Source: Candidatus Shapirobacteria bacterium (GTDB taxonomy: Bacteria; Patescibacteriota; Microgenomatia; UBA12405). From it: a stretch of 64,000 nucleotides of DNA. Both the position numbers and the translations under genes were made by a program. The notes beneath the pieces are model-generated. The model was not told the origin of the DNA and made no database searches. It saw only the letters and a program-made list of their open reading frames with translations. The number at the start of each line of letters is the position of its first letter. Within the stretch, counting starts at the first letter, position 1. Location: contig DPKG01000014.1 of assembly GCA_003542615.1 (NCBI GenBank), positions 8,521 through 72,520 on the forward strand, written 5' to 3'. This document shows, piece after piece, positions 9,124 to 18,864 of this stretch.

Positions 9124-10407
9124 ATGCAGAAGAAAAAGGGTAATTTCATTATTATGGTATTGGTAATTTTAACTTTGAGTTTGTATTTATTGTCGAAAGC
9201 TGATTTGAAAATATTGTGGAGATATCCCTGGTTGAGCGTAAGTCAGATGATGTCTTTGGTGGGAGTGGTGTTGCTGTCTTTTACTTTTGTATTGGGGAGT
9301 AGGTCGAAGTTTTTGGAAAATTGGTTTGGAGGTTTGGATGAGGTAAATAAAAAACACCAGAGACTTGGTAAAATTTCATATTTTTTATTGTTACTTCATC
9401 CATTATTGCTGGCAGTAAACGTATTACCAAATGTTAAGGCGGCAACTAATTTTTTATATTTATCCCAAAATAACGTATATAACTTTGGAGTATTGGCTTT
9501 ATATTTGATGACAGCAGTGTTGTTTTTGACATTGGTGACAAATTTGCCTTATCACATCTGGATAGTGAGTCATGATTTTATGGGTTTGGTGCTACTTTTG
9601 GGAATTTTTCATGTGTTTTTGGTTGAAAGTGATGTGTCTCATTATTTACCTTTAAGGGGGTGGATACTTTTTATGTTGGGAACGGGGTTTTATTTTTATA
9701 TTTATAAAGTATTTTTATATAAATGGTTGGGGCCAAAACATGAATATTTGGTTAAAAGAGTAAAAAAAATCGGGGATATTTTGGAGATATATTTGGAGGC
9801 AAAATCAAAACCGATAGCTTTTTTCCCCGGTCAATTTGTCTATTTGAGTTTTGATGATCCGGAATTAAGAGAGGCGCATCCTTTTACTTTTTCTTCGTCG
9901 CCTGATAATAAAATCGTGCGTTTTTCCGTGAAAATATTGGGTGATTATACTTCGAAATTGAAAAAATTGGTGCCGGGAACAAAAGCAGTAATTTGGGGAG
10001 CGCATGGAAGGATGTATCAGGGGTTTTATGCAAATAAGGAGGTGGTGTGTATTGCCGGAGGAATAGGGATTACACCATTTTTGAGTTTGTTGGAATACGA
10101 AATAAACCATCCAAAAAAGAGAAAGATTGATTTGTTTTATAGTGTAAAATCAAAAAACGAGGCGGTATATGACCGGGAATTAGAGGAATGGGAAAATAGA
10201 TTGGAGAGATTTATTTATCATCCAAATTTTGGTGATTCAAAACCAAGATTAACTATGGCAAAAATTAAAAAGACTATCGGATCGGTAGAAAATAAACGGT
10301 TTTACCTGTGCGGTCCGACATCAATGATGAAGAGTATGATAAAACAATTAAAAAATATTGGGGTAAAGAATAATTCGATAATATTTGAGGATTTCAATTT
10401 TAAATAA
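9124..10407 (+). CDS. Ferric reductase-like transmembrane oxidoreductase with FAD/NAD-binding domains
   Basis: About 6 TM with heme His residues; HPFT.SS, GGIGITP and YLCGP motifs. Confidence 0.88.
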   Translation: MQKKKGNFIIMVLVILTLSLYLLSKADLKILWRYPWLSVSQMMSLVGVVLLSFTFVLGSRSKFLENWFGGLDEVNKKHQRLGKISYFLLLLHPLLLAVNVLPNVKAATNFLYLSQNNVYNFGVLALYLMTAVLFLTLVTNLPYHIWIVSHDFMGLVLLLGIFHVFLVESDVSHYLPLRGWILFMLGTGFYFYIYKVFLYKWLGPKHEYLVKRVKKIGDILEIYLEAKSKPIAFFPGQFVYLSFDDPELREAHPFTFSSSPDNKIVRFSVKILGDYTSKLKKLVPGTKAVIWGAHGRMYQGFYANKEVVCIAGGIGITPFLSLLEYEINHPKKRKIDLFYSVKSKNEAVYDRELEEWENRLERFIYHPNFGDSKPRLTMAKIKKTIGSVENKRFYLCGPTSMMKSMIKQLKNIGVKNNSIIFEDFNFK

Positions 10408-10446
10408 TTAGCAGTAGTTGACATAGACTGCTAATAATACTAAAAT
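10408..10446 (+). promoter_or_regulatory. CIRCE-like HrcA operator overlapping the sigma70 promoter of clpB
   Basis: TTAGCAGTA-N9-GACTGCTAA (10408-10434); TTGACA (10418) -N17- TAAAAT (10441). Confidence 0.8.
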
Positions 10447-10447
10447 A

Positions 10448-13048
10448 ATGAGTATGCAGCAACCTCAGTTTACCCAACTGGCCAGTGAAACTATTCAGAG
10501 GGCAATAGATTTGGCCAGCAAAAACAAAAATCCAAGTACGGAGGAAATTCATCTATTGAAGGCTTTGGCGGATATAGACGGAGTTTCCCGGGAAATTATT
10601 AAAAAAATCAGTGATAGCGTAGAAAATGTGGAAAAAGATTTGGAAGCAAGAATAGACCAATTACCGATAGTCGAGGGCAGTAACGAAAGCGTGTCGATAT
10701 CGGTCCAATTGCAGAGGATTATGCAAAAAGTAGTGGAAGAAAGTCAGAAGTTGGGTGATTCGTATATTTCGCAGGAAATGCTGTTGTGGAGTCTGGCAGA
10801 AAACGGAAGTGATGAAATAAAAAATATTTTAAAACAAAATAAATTGGAGAGTTCCATTATTAAAAAAGAAATATTAGAATTAAGAGGAGGTAAAAAAGTG
10901 GATTCGGAAAGTAAAGAAAATACCTATAAATCGCTGGATAAATATACAACCGACCTGACAGCGTTGGCTGAGATGGGTAAATTGGATCCGGTAATTGGCA
11001 GGGAAGAGGAAATCAGAAGGGTAATGCAGGTATTGTCGAGAAGAACGAAAAATAATCCGGTTTTGGTGGGAGATCCGGGGGTAGGAAAAACAGCAATTGC
11101 GGAAGGATTGGCCAACAGAATAATGAGCGGAGATGTACCGGAATCATTAAAGAATAAAAAACTATTATCTTTGGAAATATCGTCACTTTTGGCAGGAGCC
11201 AAATTTAGGGGAGAGTTTGAAGAAAGGTTAAAGACAGTGATTGATGAAGTAGTAAAGGCGGAAGGTAAGGTAATTTTGTTTATTGATGAACTGCATACTA
11301 TTGTGGGAGCCGGCGGAGCGGAAGGATCGGTGGATGCCAGCAATATGCTTAAACCCGGGTTGGCCAGAGGAACACTGAGAGTGATTGGAGCAACAACTAT
11401 GGGTGAATACCGAAAATATGTGGAAAAAGATCCGGCTTTGGAAAGAAGATTTCAACCAATAATGGTAGATGAGCCAAGTGTAGATAGCACAATTTCAATA
11501 TTGAGAGGCTTGAAGGAAAAATATGAGGTACATCATGGGATAAAAATTACTGATACGGCATTGGTGGCAGCGGCAAAATTATCGAATAGATATATAAGAG
11601 ATCGGTATTTACCCGATAAAGCCATCGATTTGGTCGATGAAGCGGCTTCGGGATTACGGATACAGATGGAATCCAGTCCTTCCGAAATTGATATTTTGGA
11701 AAGAAAAACCAGACAATTGGAAATAGAGGAAAAGGCTTTGAAGAAAGAAGGGACTGCGGCAACTAAAGACAGATTGAAGGAAGTTGAGGCAGAACTAGCT
11801 TTTCAAAAGGAAAAATTGAAAGGAGAAAAAAGTAAGTGGCAAAAACAAAAAAAGTTGTTAAATAATGTTCAGGAATTTAGAAGTGAGGTAGACAAACTAA
11901 AACTGGAGTTAGAAAAGGTGGAAAGAGAGGTAAAACTGGATAGGGCGGCGGAAATAAAATACGGAAAGTTACCGGAAGTGATGAAAAAACTGGAAGAGGC
12001 GGAAAAAGTGTGGAATGAAATCCCTGAGGATGAAAAATTGGTCAGACAGGAGGTAGGCGAAAGCGATATCGCGGCGGTGGTGTCAAAATGGACAGGGATA
12101 CCGGTCAATAGATTGCTAAAAGCTGAGACAGCAAAATTAAAAACCTTGGAGGAATTTATCGGCAGAAGAGTTATCGGACAGGATGAAGTAGTTAGGGCAG
12201 TAGCAAACGCGATTAGAAGGTCAAGACTGCATTTGAGTGAAACTGGCAGACCAGTAGCGGTATTTATGTTTTTGGGACCGACAGGTGTGGGTAAAACTGA
12301 AACGGCTAAGGCCTTGGCGGAACAGCTTTTTAGTGATGAAAAGGCGATGATAAGAATTGATATGTCGGAATATACGGAAGCCCATACTGTGGCCAGATTG
12401 ATAGGATCGCCCCCGGGATATGTTGGTTATGATGAAGGAGGGCAATTGACCGAATCGGTAAGAAGAAAACCATATTCGGTGATTCTTTTGGATGAAATTG
12501 AAAAAGCTCATCCGCAAATATTTGGGGTGTTTTTACAGGTATTTGATGAAGGAAGATTGACCGATGGTAAGGGCAGAACGGTGGATTTTACCAATACGGT
12601 AATAATTATGACTTCGAATATCGGCGCAGAAATTATCCAATTATATGCGGGTGATAAGAAAAAAGAATCCAAAAAAATGGAAACGGAAGTATTTGATTTG
12701 GTCAGATCAACCTTTAAGCCGGAGTTTTTGAACAGAATTGATCAAATAATTTTGTTTGAATCATTAAGTAAGGAGCAGTTGGAAAAAATTGTGGATAATC
12801 AGCTTCAAAGAGTGATTGAAAGATTAAAGGAACAAGAAGTTATTTTGACAGTAACGGAAAAAGCGAAGAAGTATTTGGCGGAAAAAGGTTTTGATCCAAT
12901 TTTTGGAGCCAGACCATTGCAAAGATTGATACAGAGTGAAGTATTAGATAAAATCGCGATGTTGTTGTTGGATAAAGAAGAGACTGAGGAGGCAGCAATT
13001 ATTGTGGATTTACGGGGAAATGAGTTGGTGGCGAGTTTGATGAACTAG
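10448..13048 (+). CDS. clpB: ATP-dependent chaperone ClpB
   Basis: Two AAA+ domains (GDPGVGKT, GPTGVGKT), long middle coiled coil, GAKFRGEFEERLK; the true start may be ATG 10454. Confidence 0.97.
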   Translation: MSMQQPQFTQLASETIQRAIDLASKNKNPSTEEIHLLKALADIDGVSREIIKKISDSVENVEKDLEARIDQLPIVEGSNESVSISVQLQRIMQKVVEESQKLGDSYISQEMLLWSLAENGSDEIKNILKQNKLESSIIKKEILELRGGKKVDSESKENTYKSLDKYTTDLTALAEMGKLDPVIGREEEIRRVMQVLSRRTKNNPVLVGDPGVGKTAIAEGLANRIMSGDVPESLKNKKLLSLEISSLLAGAKFRGEFEERLKTVIDEVVKAEGKVILFIDELHTIVGAGGAEGSVDASNMLKPGLARGTLRVIGATTMGEYRKYVEKDPALERRFQPIMVDEPSVDSTISILRGLKEKYEVHHGIKITDTALVAAAKLSNRYIRDRYLPDKAIDLVDEAASGLRIQMESSPSEIDILERKTRQLEIEEKALKKEGTAATKDRLKEVEAELAFQKEKLKGEKSKWQKQKKLLNNVQEFRSEVDKLKLELEKVEREVKLDRAAEIKYGKLPEVMKKLEEAEKVWNEIPEDEKLVRQEVGESDIAAVVSKWTGIPVNRLLKAETAKLKTLEEFIGRRVIGQDEVVRAVANAIRRSRLHLSETGRPVAVFMFLGPTGVGKTETAKALAEQLFSDEKAMIRIDMSEYTEAHTVARLIGSPPGYVGYDEGGQLTESVRRKPYSVILLDEIEKAHPQIFGVFLQVFDEGRLTDGKGRTVDFTNTVIIMTSNIGAEIIQLYAGDKKKESKKMETEVFDLVRSTFKPEFLNRIDQIILFESLSKEQLEKIVDNQLQRVIERLKEQEVILTVTEKAKKYLAEKGFDPIFGARPLQRLIQSEVLDKIAMLLLDKEETEEAAIIVDLRGNELVASLMN

Positions 13049-13099
13049 GGTTTTGTAGGGAACTTATGTTGATATTTTAAGGTAAAATAGAGCAATCCT

Positions 13100-13171
13100 G
13101 TGCCCGTAGTTAAATGGATAGAATTCTCCCCTCCGAAGGGAGTGATGTGGGTTCAAGTCCCACCGGGCATA
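13100..13171 (+). tRNA. tRNA-Arg(CCG)
   Basis: Acceptor GTGCCCG/CGGGCAT; CTCCC-CTCCGAA-GGGAG anticodon arm; GGTTCAAGTCC T arm. Confidence 0.93.
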
Positions 13172-13209
13172 CTTTTTTCAGTTTTGTTTTAAAATTTAAA
13201 ATAAAAATT

Positions 13210-14226
13210 ATGGGAAGTAATAAAAGTGCAGCAATAAATACAGGAGAAGATTTTAAAAAAGTAAAGGATTTGAGAGGACGGGAGAAAAATATTATTGACG
13301 ATATTTACAGGGAAACAGGATTTGAGATTGGTGAATTGATATGGAGTTCGGATTATTTTGGATCCGGGGTAGTTGGGGCTGTGACTTATAGGGGAAAATA
13401 TAAGAATAAAAAAGCAGTACTAAAAATCCAAGGAGCAAAGCCGGCAATATCGGAGGTGGAGATGATTGAAAGTTTCGAAAAACAGAATAAAAGCAAATTA
13501 ATTAGGACACCGAAAATATTTTGGCGAAAAAAGTGGAATGACAAAAGTCAATATGAGGCCATAATTATGGAGGAAATATGGGGGAACAAAATTGTAGAGG
13601 AAGGAAAGATAAGCGGAAAAGAAAATATAAAAGAATTTTTTGATATTTATCGTGAGTATAGGGATAAATGTATAAGAAAACCGTGGTTGGGAAAAGAGAA
13701 AAACAAAGAAAAGATTGGAGAGATGATAGAAAAAGCTTGGCAGTTAAGTTTGAAGATAAAACCGGAATCCCCTTTTCGTAGAGGTAGTAATAAAGAATTG
13801 GCATCTACAGCGGCAAGTTTGCTGGAAAAAACTTGGGGAGAGACAGAAAAAGAATTTGTGCACGGTCATTTGTCGGTGAATGATATAAAAAAGCAAGGAA
13901 GTGAGGTAATTATTTTTTCGAATTTGTTTTGGAAGTGGAAATATCCTTTTTATGATGCGGTATTTGGCTATCATTGGCAAATTTATTCTCTACATAAAAT
14001 TGCAGGGATTGGTCCGGAATTAATTGAAGAACAAAGAAATTTGTGGCTGGAAGAAATTTATAAGTTGGGAGATAGAAAATTAATCGGTGCGGCCTTGCTG
14101 GAAAGAGCAATAGCCGGTTTATTGCTGGATAGTTTTGCCTATATTGACAGTAATAATCCGGTGGCAGGATATTTGGTGGAGGCGACTAGAGCTGAAGTTA
14201 AAAGATTGATTAAAGAATTAGAGTAA
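13210..14226 (+). CDS. Phosphotransferase/kinase-like fold protein
   Basis: AVLKIQ, IIMEE and a degenerate HGHLS.ND catalytic loop; start placed at ATG 13210 after the tRNA. Confidence 0.6.
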   Translation: MGSNKSAAINTGEDFKKVKDLRGREKNIIDDIYRETGFEIGELIWSSDYFGSGVVGAVTYRGKYKNKKAVLKIQGAKPAISEVEMIESFEKQNKSKLIRTPKIFWRKKWNDKSQYEAIIMEEIWGNKIVEEGKISGKENIKEFFDIYREYRDKCIRKPWLGKEKNKEKIGEMIEKAWQLSLKIKPESPFRRGSNKELASTAASLLEKTWGETEKEFVHGHLSVNDIKKQGSEVIIFSNLFWKWKYPFYDAVFGYHWQIYSLHKIAGIGPELIEEQRNLWLEEIYKLGDRKLIGAALLERAIAGLLLDSFAYIDSNNPVAGYLVEATRAEVKRLIKELE

Positions 14227-14233
14227 AAAATTG

Positions 14234-14827
14234 TTATTCTGTGGGAGCAAACTGTTTTAGCATTTCCTGATAATTTGGTGTTTCTTGGGAAAGATCAATA
14301 AAATTGATACCGGAAGGCGGCAGGAAATCGGAGTCTGAAACAGTGACCGGAGTACAGTTGTAATTATATTTCTGCTCAAAATCAAGCTTGGGGGTATCGG
14401 TATCGGGTGATGATTGATCATCTTCTACATCCGGACTTTCTTGAGATTGAGTCTTGGCAAGACTCATTTTAAAACCAGTATCGGGAACCTGGTCGTTCCA
14501 GGTATAGACTAATTCGCCGTCACTGACAGAGCGGAATACCATGGATTCTTCCGAGGTTTTAGAGTTTACAGTTTGGGAGAATTTTTGGCCGTCGATTAAC
14601 ATTTCACCTGAAGTACTATTCCCCTGTTCATCGGTATAACTCCAGGTACATTTTTGGGCTGATCCGAGACCCATAAGGTCTTTGAGAGATCGGGCAACTG
14701 ATTCTGATTGGGAGGGAGTTTGGTTTTGACTGGTGGTATCAGAATTATCGGGTTGAGCGGTCGGATTTAGGCTACAGGCAGATAAAAGTAAGGTGGCAGA
14801 AAGAAGGGTGAGGATTTGTTTTTTCAT
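14234..14827 (-). CDS. Lipoprotein
   Basis: Lipobox LLSAC after a hydrophobic signal. Confidence 0.8.
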   Translation of the reverse strand: MKKQILTLLSATLLLSACSLNPTAQPDNSDTTSQNQTPSQSESVARSLKDLMGLGSAQKCTWSYTDEQGNSTSGEMLIDGQKFSQTVNSKTSEESMVFRSVSDGELVYTWNDQVPDTGFKMSLAKTQSQESPDVEDDQSSPDTDTPKLDFEQKYNYNCTPVTVSDSDFLPPSGINFIDLSQETPNYQEMLKQFAPTE

Positions 14828-14915
14828 TGAGTGAGTAAGATTTATAACTATAATAGTTTAACATTTTTGGAAAACCAATAAAAAGAGAGCGGATTTTAAA
14901 GGTATAATATGTAAG

Positions 14916-15398
14916 ATGACAAGAGGAACAAAAATTAGTGAAGAATTATATTACGACGAGAGATCGGCGGGAGGTTTGGTGTTTCGTAGAGACGAAGGTA
15001 AGATTAAATGGATGGTGATTCAAACTATGAGCCGAAAGAATCCTAAAAAAACTTTTTTTAAATTCCCAAAAGGTCACCTGAAAGAAAGAGAATTTTTAAA
15101 ACAGGCGGCGCTAAGAGAAGTGGAAGAAGAGGCAAAAATAAAGGCAAGAATTATGGCTAAATTGGGATCGTGGAATTATGTGATGTGGGACAAATTGACC
15201 AAGAAAAAAACGATTAAGAAAGTAACGTTTTTTTTGATGGAATATAGGGAGGAAAGTAACTTGAAATATTTTGATCAAGAGAGAGTGGTGGGAAGAGGGT
15301 GGTTTGATTTTGAAGAAGCCTTGGGAAAACTGGCTTATGACTCGGAAAAGATACTTTTGAAAAAGGCTAAAAATAAACTAGAATCGATGGTAAAATAA
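14916..15398 (+). CDS. NUDIX hydrolase (Ap4A hydrolase-like)
   Basis: SAGG and the FPKGH....E....AALREVEEE NUDIX box. Confidence 0.88.
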   Translation: MTRGTKISEELYYDERSAGGLVFRRDEGKIKWMVIQTMSRKNPKKTFFKFPKGHLKEREFLKQAALREVEEEAKIKARIMAKLGSWNYVMWDKLTKKKTIKKVTFFLMEYREESNLKYFDQERVVGRGWFDFEEALGKLAYDSEKILLKKAKNKLESMVK

Positions 15399-15406
15399 GA
15401 CACTTA

Positions 15407-15493
15407 GGAGGGGTCGGATAGTGGTTCATTCCACACGCTTGGAAAGCGTGCGCTGTAAAAAGCTCGCGGGTTCGAATCCCGCCCCCTCCGCCA
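15407..15493 (+). tRNA. tRNA-Ser(GGA)
   Basis: Acceptor GGAGGGG/CCCCTCC; CACGC-TTGGAAA-GCGTG anticodon arm; variable arm; encoded CCA. Confidence 0.95.
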
Positions 15494-16131
15494 TGCCAAA
15501 TAAAGATGTCTGGGAAATTACAAGTGCAATAATTCTTTCCTTTGGTGGCTCCAGCGTAATCTTGATTGGGTTAAGCACTTGGTTGGGTAAAGTGTGGGCA
15601 AACAGATTACTCGAAAAAGACAGGCTCAAATACAATTCTGAACTTGAAACAACAAAGGCAAAATATGAAAAACAGTTGGAAACATACAAACTCCAGCTTG
15701 AGAAATCCAAATCTTTGTTCTTTAGGTATTCTGAACATCAGTTCACCCTCTATAACGAATTATGGAGGCTTCTTTATAAGTTGAAGTTATTAGTAAATGA
15801 ATTGTGGGACCAGGCAAATTTTAAAAATTTAAGAGCATTTGCTCTTCACTTTGAAAAGACTATCGACTCTGTTGAAAAGCACAGCTTACTAATTGAGGAT
15901 AAACATCACGATAAGTTAAATGCAATTTTTAACACTCTCAACAAATTTAAAGTCAATAAAGAAACTATTGTTAAACTAAAAGATATAAAGGAAGAGGATA
16001 TCAAGCCAGACCACAATTCAGACACTATTCCTCGTTATGTTGCACAAAATAATGAATCAAAAAAACAGTTTGAAGCTCTACTTAAAATACTCGAGAGAGA
16101 TTTTAAGAAGCAAATTCGAGTGACTGGGTAG
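15493..16131 (+). CDS. Hypothetical protein with N-terminal TM and coiled coil (orphan downstream of tRNA-Ser)
   Basis: The ATG shares the terminal A of the tRNA CCA; the gene ends 1 nt before repeat copy 3. Confidence 0.75.
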   Translation: MPNKDVWEITSAIILSFGGSSVILIGLSTWLGKVWANRLLEKDRLKYNSELETTKAKYEKQLETYKLQLEKSKSLFFRYSEHQFTLYNELWRLLYKLKLLVNELWDQANFKNLRAFALHFEKTIDSVEKHSLLIEDKHHDKLNAIFNTLNKFKVNKETIVKLKDIKEEDIKPDHNSDTIPRYVAQNNESKKQFEALLKILERDFKKQIRVTG

Positions 16132-16132
16132 T

Positions 16133-16171
16133 TATAAGGGTAGAAAGGATCCAGACCCACCTACCCCGCCC
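16133..16171 (+). repeat. 39-nt tRNA-3'-end-like repeat, copy 3
   Basis: TATAAGGGTAGAAAGGATCCAGACCCACCTACCCCGCCC; GGGTAG can pair with CTACCC. Confidence 0.85.
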
Positions 16172-16196
16172 GTGTAGTAACAATATATAATCAGAT

Positions 16197-16709
16197 ATGG
16201 TGGAAACCCATCCTTTTGGAAATTTTGTCCCAGACAATTGTAAATATTTATTTTTAGGAACTTTTACCGGAAAAATAACTGACCCTTCATATGACTGGTT
16301 TTTTGGAACCAAAAGAAATCAATTTTGGCCAATGTTAGAGAGTGTTTTTGGGGTTGACCTAAAAACAAAAATCAATAAACAAGAACTATTTTCTAAGTTA
16401 CAGATGGCGATAGCTGACATTATTCTCCAATGCGAACGAAGTGAGAACTCAAATGCTGACAATAACTTAATTAATATTGTTTACAACACTAATGCAATTG
16501 GAAAAATAATTGAGAAAAATAAAATTAATGCGATTTTCTTTTCCAGTCGAATGGCAGAGAAATTATTCAAGAGAAATTTCAAAGAATTAACATCAAAATA
16601 TCCCGAAATTAATTTAGTGACATTACCTTCACCCTCTCCTAGATATGCAACAATAACAAAACTAGAGAAAATTATTCGTTACAAAGAATTATTGCCGAAG
16701 TTGAGTTAA
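16197..16709 (+). CDS. Uracil-DNA glycosylase superfamily protein (MUG/hypoxanthine glycosylase-like)
   Basis: HPF....LFLGTF, RNQFW and LPSPSP motifs. Confidence 0.8.
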   Translation: MVETHPFGNFVPDNCKYLFLGTFTGKITDPSYDWFFGTKRNQFWPMLESVFGVDLKTKINKQELFSKLQMAIADIILQCERSENSNADNNLINIVYNTNAIGKIIEKNKINAIFFSSRMAEKLFKRNFKELTSKYPEINLVTLPSPSPRYATITKLEKIIRYKELLPKLS

Positions 16710-16818
16710 TAAAATAGGTTTTAACTGCGTATTTCGACAAGCTCAATATAAATTAATGGTTCACCGGTAGTTGATACTTAGTAATTTGTGACTACTTCCA
16801 ATAAAACCTTATATCCGA

Positions 16819-17307
16819 CTAAAAAAGTGAACCGATCAGAAGACCTATCAGGACAGTTATTCCTCCAACAATTAACATTTCAATGGATCCATGGTTTGAT
16901 TTTTTAATAAAAAGCTTATCTTTTAAGTATCCCAGGATGAATAATCCAGCAAAAGAACTAATAACCGATAGTACCGGAGTCCAGGTTGAGAAAGAAAACA
17001 AAAAAGGAATAACAGGGATGATACCGCCAATTATGTATGATAAAAACATTAGGATGCTACCAATAAAAAGGTCGTCTTGATGGTTACTTTTGGGAAGGTC
17101 GTGGACAGATTTTTCGCTTAGGTATTGACCGGCGGCCATAGAAAGAGCTTCGATAATTATGGTTACTGCTGCTGTTAATAAGATGTAATTACGATTGTTT
17201 ACGGCAGCACTAATACCAACTACAATGCCGGTTGTAGATACCAGTGCATCTTGAAATCCAAAAACAATACTTCGGACATAATCTTGATTGATTGATTTGG
17301 TAAACAT
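16819..17307 (-). CDS. VIT1/CCC1 family transporter
   Basis: VFGFQDALVST and ALSMAAGQYLSEKS motifs. Confidence 0.9.
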   Translation of the reverse strand: MFTKSINQDYVRSIVFGFQDALVSTTGIVVGISAAVNNRNYILLTAAVTIIIEALSMAAGQYLSEKSVHDLPKSNHQDDLFIGSILMFLSYIIGGIIPVIPFLFSFSTWTPVLSVISSFAGLFILGYLKDKLFIKKSNHGSIEMLIVGGITVLIGLLIGSLF

Positions 17308-17370
17308 AGTTAATATTAACAGCGAATGTAAAATTTAAAATAATATTTTTTGAAAAAGTTGTTTTACTAA

Positions 17371-18456
17371 TTATTTACGGTATTGGTGTGAGGCGATAAA
17401 GGTGGTTACGGGGACGGCTAAAATTAATCCGATACTACCAATTAAAGTCCGGACAATTTCTTCGGCAATCATTTCATAATTTATAATTTGACCAAAGGGA
17501 TGGGGATTGTTGATAAATATAAGAAGTAAAGGAAGAGAGGCTCCGGCATAAGCCAAAACCAAGGTGTTGACCATGGAAGTAATATGATCTTTACCGATTA
17601 CCATTGAACGGGAGTAGAGATCTTTGGGTTTGGTCAATTTGGCGGTAGTAGCCAGTTCGTCAACTATGGCTGATTGCGAAATGGTTATATCATCGAGTAC
17701 GCCCAGGGCACCGACGACGATACCGGCTAGCAAAATTCCTTTCATGTTTAAAGAATCTTTGGCAAGAGATAACATTCCGGCTTCTTCGGATGATAAACCG
17801 GTTAAATAACTTAGTTTTATGAAAATTGAGCCAAGAATTACGGTAATTATTAAAGTTATGGTTGAGCCGATGATGGCGAGAGTGGTTTTTTTGTTGAAAC
17901 CGTGAGCTAAATAAAATGAGACAGGAATGATAATTAGGGAACCAAAAATGGCAATAAATACAGGATTATCGCCGGCTGAAATTCTGGGTAAGATAAACAA
18001 AAAAACAACAATAAAAGTGAATACCATACCTAAAATTGAAAAAAATCCTTTCCATTTGGCTACGACAATCAATAAAAATATAAAAATTGCTGAAAGCAAA
18101 ATTAAGCTATCTTTGCGAATAAAATCTATAATTACGTATTCACTTTTGCCGTCGGGAGAGGTGGCAAGATTTAGCAAAACACGGTCATTGACCGAATATT
18201 TGACAAGATTGGCGAGGGGTTGGTTGCCATTTTCAATAATTATTTTTTTATTGTCCTGAGTGGATAATTCCAATTCGAGTTTTTGATAAAGTTGATTTCT
18301 GCCCATTACTTCGATTTGATATTCTTCTTCGATTTTGACTACAGTAGCTTCAACGGATTGGGTGTTGTCTTCAATTGCATTGATTTGTCGGGGAAAAATA
18401 GTAAATGGTAAAAATAAGGTTAATAAAAAAAGGAAATTGAATTTATTAATTGGCAT
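17371..18456 (-). CDS. YibE/F family membrane protein
   Basis: GALGVLDDITISQ, SMVNTLVLAYAGASLP and EEIVRTL.GSIGL motifs. Confidence 0.92.
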   Translation of the reverse strand: MPINKFNFLFLLTLFLPFTIFPRQINAIEDNTQSVEATVVKIEEEYQIEVMGRNQLYQKLELELSTQDNKKIIIENGNQPLANLVKYSVNDRVLLNLATSPDGKSEYVIIDFIRKDSLILLSAIFIFLLIVVAKWKGFFSILGMVFTFIVVFLFILPRISAGDNPVFIAIFGSLIIIPVSFYLAHGFNKKTTLAIIGSTITLIITVILGSIFIKLSYLTGLSSEEAGMLSLAKDSLNMKGILLAGIVVGALGVLDDITISQSAIVDELATTAKLTKPKDLYSRSMVIGKDHITSMVNTLVLAYAGASLPLLLIFINNPHPFGQIINYEMIAEEIVRTLIGSIGLILAVPVTTFIASHQYRK

Positions 18457-18492
18457 ATATAATTTTACTTTAAATTAAGAAAGGCGGATTTT

Positions 18493-18864
18493 TTAGGCAA
18501 ACAGAGAATTATAAAAATAGTGAATCAGGATGGCAAGTATAAGGGTAAGGTAGGAAGCGGAAGTTTTGCGGGTGTAATATTGGAGATAAAAAAGTGAAAC
18601 ATGAAGTAGGGTAGTGGTGACAAGGCGAAGAGGAAGGTCGGAAAAGTTTCCCAGGGCAAAAAAATTGACAAGATAAAGTACTGTTTCGGACAGGGAAAAG
18701 GTAATTCCCAATAATAAAGGAAATATCCATGAATTTTTGGAGGGGGTAAATTTAACCAGGAAAAATTTGAATAATTCTTCGACGAGATGAGGATAGGGAA
18801 TTAGGGTCTCAATTAACCAAAGAGGAAAAGGGGCAAAGAGGCAGAAAATAATTGGAATAGTCAT
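18493..18864 (-). CDS. Small PrsW-like intramembrane metalloprotease homolog
   Basis: EE..KF, F...E...Y, LLH and IH..YN pattern over about 4 TM; abuts the end of the 930-aa gene. Confidence 0.55.
   Translation of the reverse strand: MTIPIIFCLFAPFPLWLIETLIPYPHLVEELFKFFLVKFTPSKNSWIFPLLLGITFSLSETVLYLVNFFALGNFSDLPLRLVTTTLLHVSLFYLQYYTRKTSASYLTLILAILIHYFYNSLFA

Noticed and set aside
8314-15493. ORF-track N-terminal extensions at 8314, 13114 and 15421, and the antisense ORF 8081-8368
   Set aside because: They read through tRNA genes; starts were moved to 8389, 13210 and 15493.
5051-16171. The 39-nt repeats as a CRISPR array or classical integron attC sites
   Set aside because: They are kilobases apart with no spacers or cas genes, and I see no RYYYAAC/GTTRRRY ends or intI.
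16731-16752. TTCGACAAGCTCA, resembling half of a REP-like element
   Set aside because: It is a single copy with no inverted partner seen in the window, so it cannot be supported.
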